This document shows, in pieces, positions 24,691 through 37,059 of a stretch of DNA of 64,000 nucleotides (position 1 is the first letter of the stretch; each line of letters opens with the position of its first letter). Source of the DNA: Carcharhinus longimanus (Eukaryota); NCBI GenBank assembly GCA_030264375.1, contig JASCQW010000162.1:95411631-95475630 (forward strand). Direction: 5' to 3'. Under the pieces are notes generated by a model, which saw nothing but the letters and a program-made list of their open reading frames with translations, did not search any database and had not been told where the DNA came from. The translations under genes were made by a program, and so were the position numbers.

Positions 24691-25264
24691 GCTATGCCAT
24701 CTGTCAACTTCAAGCCAGTGCTCCTTGACAGTGACAGGAATCTATCAGGCATGTTGACCAGTGGACCTGGTATCTCAAAGTGCATTCCCATCAATGTACT
24801 CCAGCAAAGCTATCCCATTGAGGTCCCTATTTGAGTGCTCCAGCAGAATGCATCTGGATAGCTGGTAAACAAGTTATCCTTTATCCTTTGTTTAGTTGCA
24901 GTCTGCTGATGCCTGGATGATCTGTTATGCGCTGAGCACAATTCACCTGCTGGTGACCCCTGTGATCACTCAACTATCCTTAATTTTTGATCAATTAGTA
25001 TTCAAAAAGTGTTTGCTATATTAAAAATCTTCAGCGAAATGTGCCATAATGATTCTGGGAGTTAAGGCTTTAAATTATGAAAATGGGACTCAAAAGAATT
25101 GAACTTATTTTCATTAGAGAAAAGAACATTGAGGATATGTGGCTAGGTTTTTTAAAATGCTGAGAATAATGTACAACATGGATTCAAAGAGGTTGCTTAA
25201 TTTGAGGTATGTGCATGTAAGTATGAAATGGACAAATCTGAAACAAGTTAGGAAGACAAGAATT

Positions 25265-25670
25265 TCTGTAACTCCTTCCATACCGTCAAAGTATTCGAGT
25301 GTTTTACAGCCAATCATGTACTTTAAGTGTGGTCACTATTGTAACATAAAAAATATAACAGCAATCTGCACACAAGCAGATCCAACAAACAGCAGTATGA
25401 TTGTGAAAGGATCAGTTGCTTTTAGCAGTGTTGATTAAGAGATAAAGATTGGCCAATGCACTACCGATATCTTGCTTGTTCTCCTTTGAAATAGTTGCCT
25501 TGGGATCTTTTATATCCAACTGCGAGAACAGATGGGACTCAGTTAAATTTCTCCTCAGAAAGTACAGCAATCTCACAGTCTTGCACTAGGCTGCCTCTCT
25601 CAACCCTCTTTTGCATTTTGGAGGGGTACTTGAACACACAAATCTCTGGCTTAGGAAGAGTGCTGCACAC
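25265..25670 (-). mobile_element. SacSINE1/DeuSINE, decayed
   Basis: Reverse Deu domain and tail: 'ttttacagccaatcatgtacttt..gtgtggtcactattgtaac', 'aacaaacagca', 'gggatcttttatatcca'. Confidence 0.75.
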
Positions 25671-26102
25671 CAGTCGACACTATGGTACATACATGGGATA
25701 GATTCAACCGGGTATTCAATTCTAAGTATTGGGTTAGGAATAAGGACAAGTGTCAGTGGAAAATGGAGATAGCATTCTATGAGATATTTTTGACTTTGTG
25801 GGATGGTGCAAAACAATAATAAATATCAACAACTTGTATCATATCCCCCCAATTTATAATTTTATTAACTGCTCTGTGCACTCTACTCTGTGTTCATTCA
25901 TTAAAATTGGGTCTTAAGTCTCAACCATCAATTCAACAGGAGAGTCCACCACATAGTCTGTAGTAGAAGTAGTCTCTGTAGACCAAATTTAATTTTCTTC
26001 CTTATGTTCTGATGGATTATTATGGCAATTGATATCCATTTTTGTTCTGCTTCTGGGCATGTGGACGTAAAGTGTGGACAAGGCCCCCTAATCTCCCTCT
26101 TC

Positions 26103-26335
26103 ACATGCTGTGGCTCAGTTGACTCAGAGGCACTATCGCCACTAAATGACAAGGTCCAGTGTTCAAATTCCATTCTAGGACTCCAGCACAAAAGTCCAAG
26201 CTTACACTCCAGTGCAGTGCTGAAAGGTGTTGCACTGTTTGTGGCTCTGTCATTTGTATTAGACATTAAACCAAGGCCACAGCTATCTGCTCAGGGGGAT
26301 ATAACAACCTCATCAAAATATTTTGAAAAAATATA
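26103..26335 (+). mobile_element. SacSINE1/DeuSINE 5' half
   Basis: tRNA-like head 'ctgtggctcagttg', then 'acactccagtgcagtgctgaaaggtgttgcactgt' and 'agacattaaaccaaggcc'. Confidence 0.75.
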
Positions 26336-26439
26336 GAATCAGAGATGTAATCAAGTTAGTTAAACATGATTTTGCAATTGACAAATTGGAACTGGTTTTC
26401 TTTAATTAATCCACATCTGTACAATCGACTGTTAATTTT

Positions 26440-28150
26440 GCCCCAAATTATCATTTTTAAAAGTATTCCCACCACCATGAATTAACTGACTGGCCTGTAG
26501 TTGCTGGGCTATCCTTACATTCTTTTTTGGACAAGTGTGTAGCATTTGCAATTCTCCAGTCCATTGGCACCACTTTTGTTCCTAAGATTTGGAAGATTAT
26601 GGGCAATGCTTCTGATATTCCCTTCGGTATCCTAGGATGTATCTTAGTTGTTCTGGTGCCTTTTTGTCTTGTAAGTATGGCATGTCTGTCCAATATCTTC
26701 TGTTCATTAATTTTTAGCCCATTCAGTGTCTCAGTTACCTTCTCTTTCATGATGACTCGGACAGCATCTTCTTCCATAGTAAAGACTGACTCATTTCATA
26801 CCTCAATCATGTCCTTTGCCTCACTGCAGAAATCCCCTTTTTGGCCCTTAACCGCACCAACACCACTTATTTTACTTTTAGCTTTTATTCTTACTGTTTA
26901 TGGTAGACTTGTGGGTTCCTTTTTATGTTTTCTGTGAGTCCTTTCTCATGATCCATTTTTGCTTCTCTTACTGATTTTTATCCTTTATCTCTGAACCATC
27001 TAACCGGGCGGCTCGGTGACACAGTGGTTAACATTGCTGCTTCGCAGCGCCAGGTTTGATTCCCAGCTTGGGTCACTGTCTGTGTGGTATTTGCATGTTC
27101 TCCTGTGTCTGTGTGGATTTCCTCCGGGTGCTCCTGTTTCCTCCCACATTCTGAAAGACGTGCTGGTGCATTGATCCAAACAAGCACCGGACTGTGATGA
27201 CTAGGAGAATTTCACAGTAACTTAATTGCAGTGTTAATGTAAGCCTTACTTGTGACTAATAAATAAGCTTCACTTTTACTAAATTCTGCCTTTTTCTCAA
27301 TTGTATCTTGCATTTGACATTTATTATTTGCAGCTTTTCAGCTTCTTATTACCCTCTATCTCTTTTATCATTCAGGAAGCTCTGACTTCAGTTACCCTTA
27401 CTTTCCCCCCCAGGGGAATGTATCTTGACTTCACTTAAACCAGCTCCTCTTAAGGCCAAACTATTGTTCTGTTACAGTTTTGTCAATTTTTGACTCCAGT
27501 TTATCTGGGCAGGGGACGTAATCTTACGAGCTGTACAAGTCATGCTCTGATGGCAGTGGGTTTGGAGAAATTGGTGCCCGGTCAAATCTCCGTTCACTAC
27601 AGCAGAATGGGAAAATCTGACCAGCGTGAACAGTGGTAGCATTCCAACCTCAACCTTTCTCAGCCTATTGAAATTGGATTGCCCCCTATTAATTATTCCT
27701 AAATGGGATTGTTCCTTTCCTTTACTTTAGCTGACCTAAGCCCGTCCCTGACATATTCCCCTATTGTCACTTGACCCACCTCATTCCCCAGAGCCAGGTC
27801 TGGCAATGCCTCCTTGCTGGGTCTGAAACATAATTTACATAGAAAATTCTCCTGAACACGCTCGAGAAACTCTTGCCCCTTTCTGCCCTTCACACTATTA
27901 TCATCCCAGTCCATGTTAGGTAAGTGCCCCATTATTCTCTAGACTTTGAACCTTTGAGTCATTTCCTTTCAAATTTGTTCCTCCATATCTTTCCCACTAG
28001 TTTTTGTCCTATAAAATACACCAAGCAATGCACTTGCTTCCTGTATTGTTTCTTAGCTTTAACAAAATGGATTGTGTCCTTTATCCCTCAAGGACATCCT
28101 CTCTCTCCACCATTGTAATATTTGCCTTAATCAATACTGCCAATCTGATC
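26440..28150 (-). mobile_element. Old CR1 LINE ORF2 fragments (endonuclease to RT start) with nested SINE and MITE
   Basis: 'VPMDWRIANATHLSKK' (cf. VPEDWRIANVTPLFKK) and 'GQEFLERVQENFL...EALPDLALGNEVGQV'. Confidence 0.8.
27005..27270 (+). mobile_element. HE1-type SINE, subfamily B tail
   Basis: HE1 head and core plus 'ttcacagtaacttaattgcagtgttaatgtaagccttacttgtgactaataaataa'. Confidence 0.88.
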
Positions 28151-29679
28151 CTTTCTTTATTCCTCAATCTTTCCTTGACTTCAGGAATATTTTGTACCCA
28201 GTTCTGTCCTATCTTGAGCCAGCTCGCAATTATTGTGACTATTTGTGCCTGTAACTCAGTAACCGCACTTACCACACTCTGCACATTCACATTGATGCAG
28301 TATAAGCCTGATTTAAACCTTAGGAAACAGGGAACTGATCAGCTTATGTGACTCAATATTCAGTTATGTTTAAAAATCACATCTACCATGGATATCCTGG
28401 TCAATGTCAAGGAGTGTCAAGGAGGAGTCCAACTCTGACTTGACACAGGGCATCGTGCAAGCCTTGGGAGTCCACCCTTTCCAGGTTAACTACCTGATGG
28501 TACTTACAGACCCACCAGTGTTGCAGCACTTGCTGATTGATGCCTTGGCTTCCAGTCCAGCTCCATCAGAGGCCATCTAACATCTTGCTGCTGTTGTGGA
28601 AACTCAGGCTGGTATCTCAAAAGCCATGCACCCTCTCAGGATGCCAGCATTTGTACACCTACTATTGCCATTCCACTGATGCCTCTGCTGTTGCCTGTCT
28701 GCCAGCCAGCCCAGACAGCTGCTGACCATGCCGAGTTGGTGCAGTCTGCAGCAGCCAAGTCGTCAAGGCTCAGAGCTTTTTGAGATGATAAAGAAAGACC
28801 ATCTGCCATCTCTTTCACCAAAAATCTGCCATTTTCCAGCAGCCATGCTGGGGGCACTCTGTTCGCACTGCATAGGAGACAAGGACATTTTCACAGTAAC
28901 TTCAGTGCAGTGTTAATGTAAGCCTACTTGTGACACTAATAAATAAACTTAAACTTAAAGGTCAGGCAAAGAAGATGGAAGCTAAGAGAATCCCTATGGT
29001 GAATCTTTCAGTCTTGTGTGAATTATTGGACGTATTGTTGGACAAAGTTGTCATGGGGATGGATTTTATGATGTGGAGATGCCAGCGTTAGACTGGGATA
29101 GGCACAATAAGAAGTCTCACAATATCAAGTTAAACCAGGTTTGTCTGGAATCATGAGCTTTCGGCGTGCTGGTCCTTCATCGGGTGAGGATTTTATGGTG
29201 GTGGATCAGAGCAGTGCCCCTTGCCCCTCTATAAAACTAGGCACCATGATGTCAGGTTGGAAATGCAATATCTTGACATCTGTCTGCAATAATACAGAAG
29301 ATGAGTGTGAGGTGAAATGGGAAATCCTCGCACCTTCCGAAGATGAGCAATCATCAGCGAGTTGAGGCAATTAAAGGTGCAATTAAATGGAAGTTTACAA
29401 GGCAGTTTTACAGAGTGAGCAGCAATCTGATAGAGGGCGTGAATCTCAGCAGGTAAGCGTAAGCGGCAACATAAGGCATGGAGAGGGTCTCAGTCTGTGA
29501 AGGTAGAGATAACAGCTGAATCCGCTGCCACTGGTGAAAAAGGTTTGGATTTTGGAACTTATGGCAACATTTCAAAGTTGCACACTGCAAAGGAGGCTCT
29601 GAAAGGGAATCAAAATTCAGGGGAGCTAAAAAAACTGAGAACCCTAAAAAGTAAAGGAGAAAACTAGGAAGTCAGTCTC

Positions 29680-31040
29680 CATGGGCACTGTGCAATATGG
29701 TGGAGGCTGCTCCAGGGAGGAGGGGAACAAGAGATGGAGGAAGTGGAGGCTGGTAGTCCAAGGACAGCTATGCTCTGCCGACCAGGTGCATGAGGCACCT
29801 GATGTTGTTGAAGGGCAAGAAGGCTGCAGAGAGCCCATCACCAAGGTGGTCCATTCAGAAGAGTTGACTGGAAGTGGTCGAAACGCCTGAAGTTGTCAGT
29901 TGATTGGTGGCTTTGCTGATTGTGTCTCTCCCAGCAGACACTGACATCACTGTGCAAGATACTGGCAGAGAGAACAAAGAACAACCCAGCACGGGAAACA
30001 GGCCCTTCGGCCCAACGAGCCCACGCCACCATTTCAACAAAGCATTTTCNNNNNNNNNNNNNNNNNNNNNNNNNNNNNNNNNNNNNNNNNNNNNNNNNNN
30101 NNNNNNNNNNNNNNNNNNNNNNNNNNNNNNNNNNNNNNNNNNNNNNNNNACTACTCTCTGTCTCCTATTGCCCAGCCAGTTTTCAATCCATCTAGCTACC
30201 TGTCCTTGTATCCCATGTGCCTTAACAATTTGAAGGTACATTCAAATTGTGATGGTGGCTACTAAATTCCTGTCACTCTGAAGTTGGCAGTTTTTTGCCA
30301 TCTTCCAGATGACAGTCAGTGATCTGAGTGACATCTCATTGGCATCGACACATCATTGCAGCAAGGCAGTAACTGAGGCATTTTGTAGGAGAGTATACAA
30401 CGTAATGAACTACACAATGGATGCAGACAGACTGGCTGGGAGAGTTGGGGGTTTGATGTAACAGCAGGATTCTGTAAAGTACAGGGAGTTGGAAAATGTA
30501 CACATGTGGCCAACAAGTCTCCTGCAGGCCAGCCACAGACATTTATGAACCACAAAGGGTTTCATTTGCTAACTGTACAACTTGTTTGTGCTTATCACTC
30601 GAGGATCATGTATGTGGACCTGTGCATGGGATTAGCCACACCTTCAGGCATTCTGAAGTATCACCGCCATTCACCCTGGCAGCCCTATTGAAGGCATGGA
30701 TACCTGGTGACAAGAGCTAACCATCAAAGGGATGGCACCAGATCTTGGTAAGGATCCTGGAACAGAGGCTGAGCACGGTTATAATGCAAGCCAGAAATCC
30801 AGCAAGCACAACACTGGGCAGATCATATAGTCATAGAGATTTACAGCATAGAATCTCTGCTCAAAATGAGGTTGGACTGAGCTGGTGGTGCAGTGCAGCA
30901 GGTTTTGGCTCAGGTCTCTCTGCTGTGTCTTTCAAAAACTTGTGTTCCAGAATGGGGAGAGGTCCTGGAAGAACAGGGTCCAGCATTACATATTTCTTCA
31001 GCGATTGGATCTGAGAGGACCTTGGGCTGCCGTGGGCATC
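29680..31040 (+). pseudogene. Decayed PIF/Harbinger DDE transposase, element 2, interrupted by CR1
   Basis: 'FMNHKGFHLLTVQLVCAYHSRIMYV' at ~30540-30615, and 'WIPGDKS*PSKGW' (cf. WLLGDKGYPL..W) at ~30695-30735. Confidence 0.8.
29969..30230 (-). mobile_element. CR1 LINE insertion, mostly collapsed into an N gap
   Basis: Tail 'agaacaaagaacaacccagcacgggaaacaggcccttcggccc' left of the gap; RT peptide 'KAHGIQGQVARWIENWLGNRRQRV' right of it. Confidence 0.85.
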
Positions 31041-31059
31041 AGCAAATAGCTATGGGCTA

Positions 31060-32400
31060 GTTGTCCTTTATATCACAATCTAACTACAAGCTCCTGTCCC
31101 CAGCAGCAGTGCCTTATGAGGAAACCCCAATGCTGTTGCCCACCCACTGTCGAGAGGCCCACTTGTACCTCTCTGCTTACCTGAGTGGAATGAGAGTCTG
31201 GTGAAGGCTCCAGTATCTTGCTCCCTTCTTGCATTTCCACTGCCTGATTGAGCTCAGGGTCAATGTGATGGTTTGTGGCTCTGCACAATTCCCCAGCATC
31301 CCTTGAATGTGTCGCTGGTTCTGACTCTCCTTGCGACTTACTAATCTCTCAATGGAGGAAGCCATGTGTACAGACAGGAGGGGGATGACAGCACTGGTGA
31401 ACTGGATTGTTTTCTCCACTTGTCTGTGCCAGGGCACGCAAACCACTGGAAGCTTCATCAGGTTTTCACTCATTTCTACACTCTGAGCTGTGAGTACCTG
31501 AGGTGGTGGAAGGTGTGGAGTAAGAATGGGATGGTCCCATCCTCCATCCAAAGGTTGCCACCTGCCTCTCGGGGATGGTGCTGCTTGGCTGATGGAGACT
31601 TGTTGAAAAGATGGAAAGATTAGCACTGCTCATCAATGCATCTGAGGTTCAAAAAGAGATTGCCACATCTCTGACAGACCCTTTGCCATGTTTTCTGTGC
31701 CCTTTTAGATGAGATACACTTATTCCTTCAACACAGTCAACAATCCCTTAGACCAAATGATGGTCTCTATAACTCTCAGCTCCTCTCACCTTGAACTCCA
31801 GCCCCTGTGTGGCCAACAGATCTGGATCCCTGGTCATTGGCCCATTGTAAGATGTCCTCCTCCATCTAAGTCATTGCTGCCATCACTCGTTGACCACTCC
31901 TGGACTTTATGGGCCCTCTTTTGTTTTGAAGACAATGGAGGAATGATGAGTTTCGTATTAGAGAAATTAACATCCAGATCCTGGGCACACAACTGATGGT
32001 ACCTGGCTCCTTCATATCAGCAGTGTTCCTTGCATGCCAGCCTACCTTTCTGATCCCACCTTCCAGACAACCAAAGCCAGGCATTCTGGCTAAGCTTCAT
32101 TTCGTTGATTCTCTACCATGTCACCCAGATCCAAAACACATCACCCACACCCTCCTTTATGTGTGTGCCCATATAAGGCATGTTCCTTACCCTTGCAGAG
32201 TGGAGAAGGTCATCCGGCCTCTTACAGCACTGTTGCTAGATCCTCCAAATCCATGGCTCTTGACCTTTTCTGCAACTTCCAGAGTTTGGTCTGGTGGGAG
32301 ATCTCCTCTTCCTGCCCTCTGTCTGAGAACCTCCCATCATTTAGTTCCATCTTAGTGAAGGACACATGTCAAACCATGGCATCTTGCTTCCTCCATTGTT
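31060..32400 (-). pseudogene. Decayed Harbinger Myb/SANT-like partner gene, element 2
   Basis: Minus-strand remnants 'LEVAEKVKSHG' and 'QQCCKRPDDL' (cf. W.QCRKR.NDL), followed by donor AGG|gtaagg at ~32190. Convergent with the transposase. Confidence 0.65.
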
Positions 32401-33867
32401 GCTGGCAGATGATATTATGGGAGTATGTCGCTTATTACAATTATGAAGTTAATAAGACAATGATTTTTCAGAACTGTGTGACTTCTTCTGACAGCAAATT
32501 GGGATGGTTTGATTGTTAAGACTTAAAGAGGGCCTGGATTGTGTTACTGGGGAGAAGGTGCAAAATGTTTACATTTGGGACAATGGCAGCAGCCTATGTG
32601 CTAACAGCAAATAGACTGGAAGTATCCAAAGTTCCAGAAAAGTGTTGAAATCTTAGGTTGTTGAGAATGTTAGGTTGTAAGTAGTTATGCTTTCAACTGT
32701 CCATTTACTTCCAACAGAAAAAGAGAGCTGGGGTCTCAAGGATCAGTTACTCAACATTTCTACCTGGATACAAGGCCCAGGAAATTCATGTTGTCATGGT
32801 GATAGGCTGTGAAAGGGAAAAGGTTTCTAAAAAAAGTCCTGGAACTCGGAGTCTGCCACGATGAGGGAGAGGGATCCACTGTCCAGCAAACACGAATGTT
32901 AACCATGCTGGAATATAAGCGGAAGCCCATGCTCAGACTGAAAAGACCAAATTCATGAGAAATTAAAATGAAGCTGGAAGAATTACAGAGCTAAAGTTCC
33001 CAAGCTGAGGAANNNNNNNNNNNNNNNNNNNNNNNNNNNNNNNNNNNNNNNNNNNNNNNNNNNNNNNNNNNNNNNNNNNNNNNNNNNNATCCCAAAGTGG
33101 AATTGTTTTTGTTGGTGGGTTTAGATCAGAACTTGGAGCAAACAGATTTTGTAGTGGTCCATCGCAGATGGACTGAAAGGTGGGAAGTTGGCAGCAAGAA
33201 TGATATGTTGTGGGTGGGGAGGTGTGGGGGGGGGGGGTGGTTGGTGACCACACATGGTAACAGGAATCTGAGTATCTGCTGATTGCCAGCCCAGCCCAGA
33301 GCTCCTTGATTCCTCTTCTTCATCTGCTCTTCATCTTTGTCTTCAACTTCCTGTCAAGGCAGCCTTTAAAGGCTTAATGGCAAGGACTGTATCCTCATGT
33401 TACAAGGCTAAGAAGGGTACAGCAGATCACCATGAACTTGGAGATATGCCCACATAGTCCACGTAGGGGAGCTATTGTTTCAGCAGGCTGATGCTTCATG
33501 CCACCTCTGTTTGCTTCACAGCTGCCACTGTAGACATACTTGGATGACAAAGAGAAGTCATTAACCAGGAGTACAATGGGTATCCCCTATTACCCAATGG
33601 CCATATTCTGACTCCTCATGGTAGGTCAAAGATGGCGGATACAGCTGACTGGCACAGGATGAATGTGTCATGACTGCTGCCAGGAGAATGGGCATTCATG
33701 GTCTGAGCATGGTCACACACCTTACATTGTTGGAGTGGCAGCCTTACAAAATATAAAATACCTTCCTATTAACATTTGGAACCTTTAGAATCATGTGGGT
33801 ACAGTTATTTTGTCCTGGGCCATTGGGAGTCTTGCCAGCTTGGCAAAGCCATATTCTTGCTCTTACT

Positions 33868-33950
33868 GTGGCACAGTTAGCACTGCTGCCTCACCGTGCC
33901 AGGGATCCAGTTCGATTCTGTACTTGGTTGATTGTCCGTGTGGAGTTGTC
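33868..33950 (+). mobile_element. HE1 SINE head fragment
   Basis: 'gtggcacagttagcactgctgcctcaccgtgccagggatccagttcgattc'. Confidence 0.75.
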
Positions 33951-34084
33951 CTCTGAAGGACCCTTCAAAATCCACATGCACAAATGGGCAATGTGTATGT
34001 ATGGATTTTGCAGAATCTTGCAAAGGAGATACATTTTTAGCGTGATGTTCACACCAAATGGCAGATGTCACTATGGTGAAATCT

Positions 34085-34920
34085 ACCTCAGCTGAGAAGA
34101 TTATTGAGAAGTCAGGAGAGGTATTTAGTCACTTTGGATTTTCCTAAATAGCTGGTAAGCAACAATAGACCTTAATTTGTCTCGCAGGAATTTCAGAACT
34201 TGCTACAAGAGAATGGTATTCAACGTATAATCTCCACACTGTATCACCCTGCTACTAATGGACTTGCAGAACACTTCATTCAAACTCTGAAACACACTTT
34301 AAAAGAAACAAAGGAATGAGGTTCACTAATCAAACAAACAGATCCACCAAATCTGGAGTCTATTGAAAATTTAGGGTCAGACTTACAAAGTCCTGACTTG
34401 AACCTTTCTACATCCCCCACACTACAAGACACCATTGAGGAAAGCAACATTTCACCTTCTGTTCAAATGCAGAGTCAACCTCTAGTTCCAATGTCAACAC
34501 TGGTTAAACCAATCACTGATAACATTTGTGCAAAGACAAAGATGTCAGAGGTTCCCATCAGTGTAAAGAAGAACACGCCAAAGGTTCACCATCAACTGCT
34601 CCGAGAGTGACGAACACCCAAGCCATCTGACTTTATTAATAGTGACTGACTTATTGACTTGTTCACATTGAACTTGCTTTGAACTTGTTTGGGGACTTTC
34701 AATTTAAAGGGGGAGGAAATGTTATGTGTTAATATTTATTTGTATTAGCTCACTGGAACTCTGCTACATCAATGTATGCATCAGAAATTATGTAATAGAC
34801 CTAGCACTGGAAACACAGAGAGAAAAACCAGCATGGAAGAGATTACATGCCATTGATAAATTTCTGTTTGTTTTTAACCAAAATCTGTCCTACATATCAT
34901 ATCATATCTCCAATACACAA
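34085..34920 (+). mobile_element. Ty3/Gypsy remnant: integrase core fragment, polypurine tract and short 3' LTR
   Basis: 'LVSNNRP*FVSQEF..ENGIQRIISTLYHPATNGLAEHFIQTLK' (rve domain); PPT 'aaagggggaggaaa' followed by TGTT at ~34720. Confidence 0.8.
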
Positions 34921-35119
34921 CCTAAAAATATATTGCTTTCAGTGAGCATAAATGAATCACATTAGGGGCATGATTGATTATTTAAATTGGCTGTTAGTGC
35001 GCTATTTCAAACAAATTCTCTTCCCACACCTAATGGTGCACTAAGGCAGACTTTTGTCTGTTTCCATAGCCAGTAATTCCCAGAACAGGTCATAATCTGT
35101 TGCCAGTGGCTTGTAGCTT

Positions 35120-35330
35120 AAGGGGTGCTACTCCACGTCCAGTGCAGCTTACCAGGAGTCTCTAACTGCCAGCCATTGGGGCGTTTGGAAGGATTTCAAG
35201 TTGACATACTCAACGTGTTTGATTGCATAATGAACACAGCTTCCTTGACCATCAAGTGCTGGGGTGAGGCTCAAACTCAGACCTTCTGTCTCAGAGGCAG
35301 AAACACTACCCACTGTGTTACAAGATCTCC
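35120..35330 (-). mobile_element. Decayed tRNA-derived SINE (non-HE1)
   Basis: Reverse-strand head 'acagtgggtagtgtttctgcctctgagacagaagg'; a similar head lies at ~60165-60230 (+). Confidence 0.5.
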
Positions 35331-35682
35331 TAGTGTAGCTATTAGTGTCCTCAGAATTGTTCAGTAAGTGCTGCCAGACCAAAAAATCACAACCATCAGT
35401 GAGCGTTTTGTTTTGGGTTTTGCAAGCGAGGGCTGGTTGAGGAAAATCTGCATGCTGCATATTTTAAACAACCAAAGGAACATGCTGTTTCTTTTGATCA
35501 GCCAATCAGTGATCATAGGGGCTTGGGGAACCTAAAGTTCCCTATTGCTTTCACCATGACAATGCATCAGCCAACTAAAGTCAACTTGCCAACCAATCAG
35601 CTTATCTCCTGCAGTATAAATTTTTGTGACAGTTTGAAATTTGGTATTCTTGTGTGCAAGTGTGATGAGTGCAGAAAGAAAA

Positions 35683-36000
35683 GTGGCACGATGTCCCAGT
35701 GGTTAGCACTGCTGNNNNNNNNNGTCAGTGACCCGATTTCGATTCCTGGTTTGGGTCACTGTCTGTGTGGAGTTTGCACATTCTCCCTGTATCTGCGTGG
35801 GTTTCCTCCCAGTGTCTCGTTCGCTCCCACAGTCCTAAGATATGCAGATTAGGTGGATTGGTCATGCTAAATTGCCCCTTAGTATCAGGGGAACTAGCCA
35901 GGGTAAAAATATAGGGTTATGGGGATAGGGCCAGGTGTGATTCTGGTTGCTGCAAACCCAATGGACCAAATGGCCCCCTTCTGCACTGTAGGATTCTATG
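35683..36000 (+). mobile_element. HE1-type SINE nested in a Penelope-like tail
   Basis: Full HE1 structure with 'aaaag' on both flanks (possible TSD). Host 'tgatgagtgcagaaagaaaag|ctttggcaatgt..ctcttttcag' is split by it. Confidence 0.88.
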
Positions 36001-37059
36001 AAAAGCTTTGGCAATGTGGTTCTCTTTTCAGTAATATTCAAGTCTCATTTATTATAAAGAGTTCGTTTAAATGCTAAATATGTGTAACAATTTCAAAAGT
36101 GATGAAAAACAATATTGCCTAGTAAAAATAGATATTGCTGTTACTTAGCTTATCGTCATAGACTCCTGCTGTTCCAAAGAAGCTTTTAAATTAGTTTTTT
36201 TTTACACACAACATTTTCTTATTGTAGTCTGAATGCATTGTAATTGATTTGACCTTTCACAGTGTTTTTAATTTTCAATCGCAGTTTCATTACTCCATCT
36301 GGCACTTTAAGAAGACATCTGGCTCATTGTACATTACCAGCTGATTGCTACACCGTTATTTTTAACATTAATGCATGCTTAAGCAGATGTTGTTTTATCG
36401 AAGTATAAGCAGAATTCTGTATGTAATTGAGATGTTCCTCAATAGAAATTTGAACTCACAGTGGCTATGATCTGTGCCATCATAGTAATAGTTGTTTTAT
36501 ATGAAACTTGTTAGGTAAACATTAATTCAGTCAGGTTTCCCTTTATCAGCATGTATAAATAAAACATTAGCCTGTAGTTTTTAATACGATAAACAGTTTG
36601 CAGTTGGGGATTTCATTTCAACTTATAACTCTTGTCAGCAAGAAAGAGGAAATGCTTATTGAATAAGAAATATTTGAAATAAAACAAAAAAAATGTGCAG
36701 CATGTAGTGTCAATTGACAGGTCATTGGAGGATTATAATTTGACTGCTTGCACACAGCTTCCTTCTTGTCAAGAGACAGCTTACCGTTACCAATTGTACA
36801 TATCAGGCCCTTTAAAATGCTTAAGCTTAAAAATTCATTACGGCCTGTTTTTGGTTGCGGGCGTCACAATTCATGATCTACCCACCCCTTCTCATTGAGG
36901 CAGGCAGCGTGCAAAATTGGTGCTGCTCCCTCGTTTGCATGTTTGTAGAGTTGGCCTGAGTGCTGTTTGTGCTGCTGGCTACCTGAAAGATCACGAGGAG
37001 AAAGCCAGCTTACTCTTCTTAAAGAGGAGCAGCACTCAGTGGGAGGGAGCCACGCTGAC

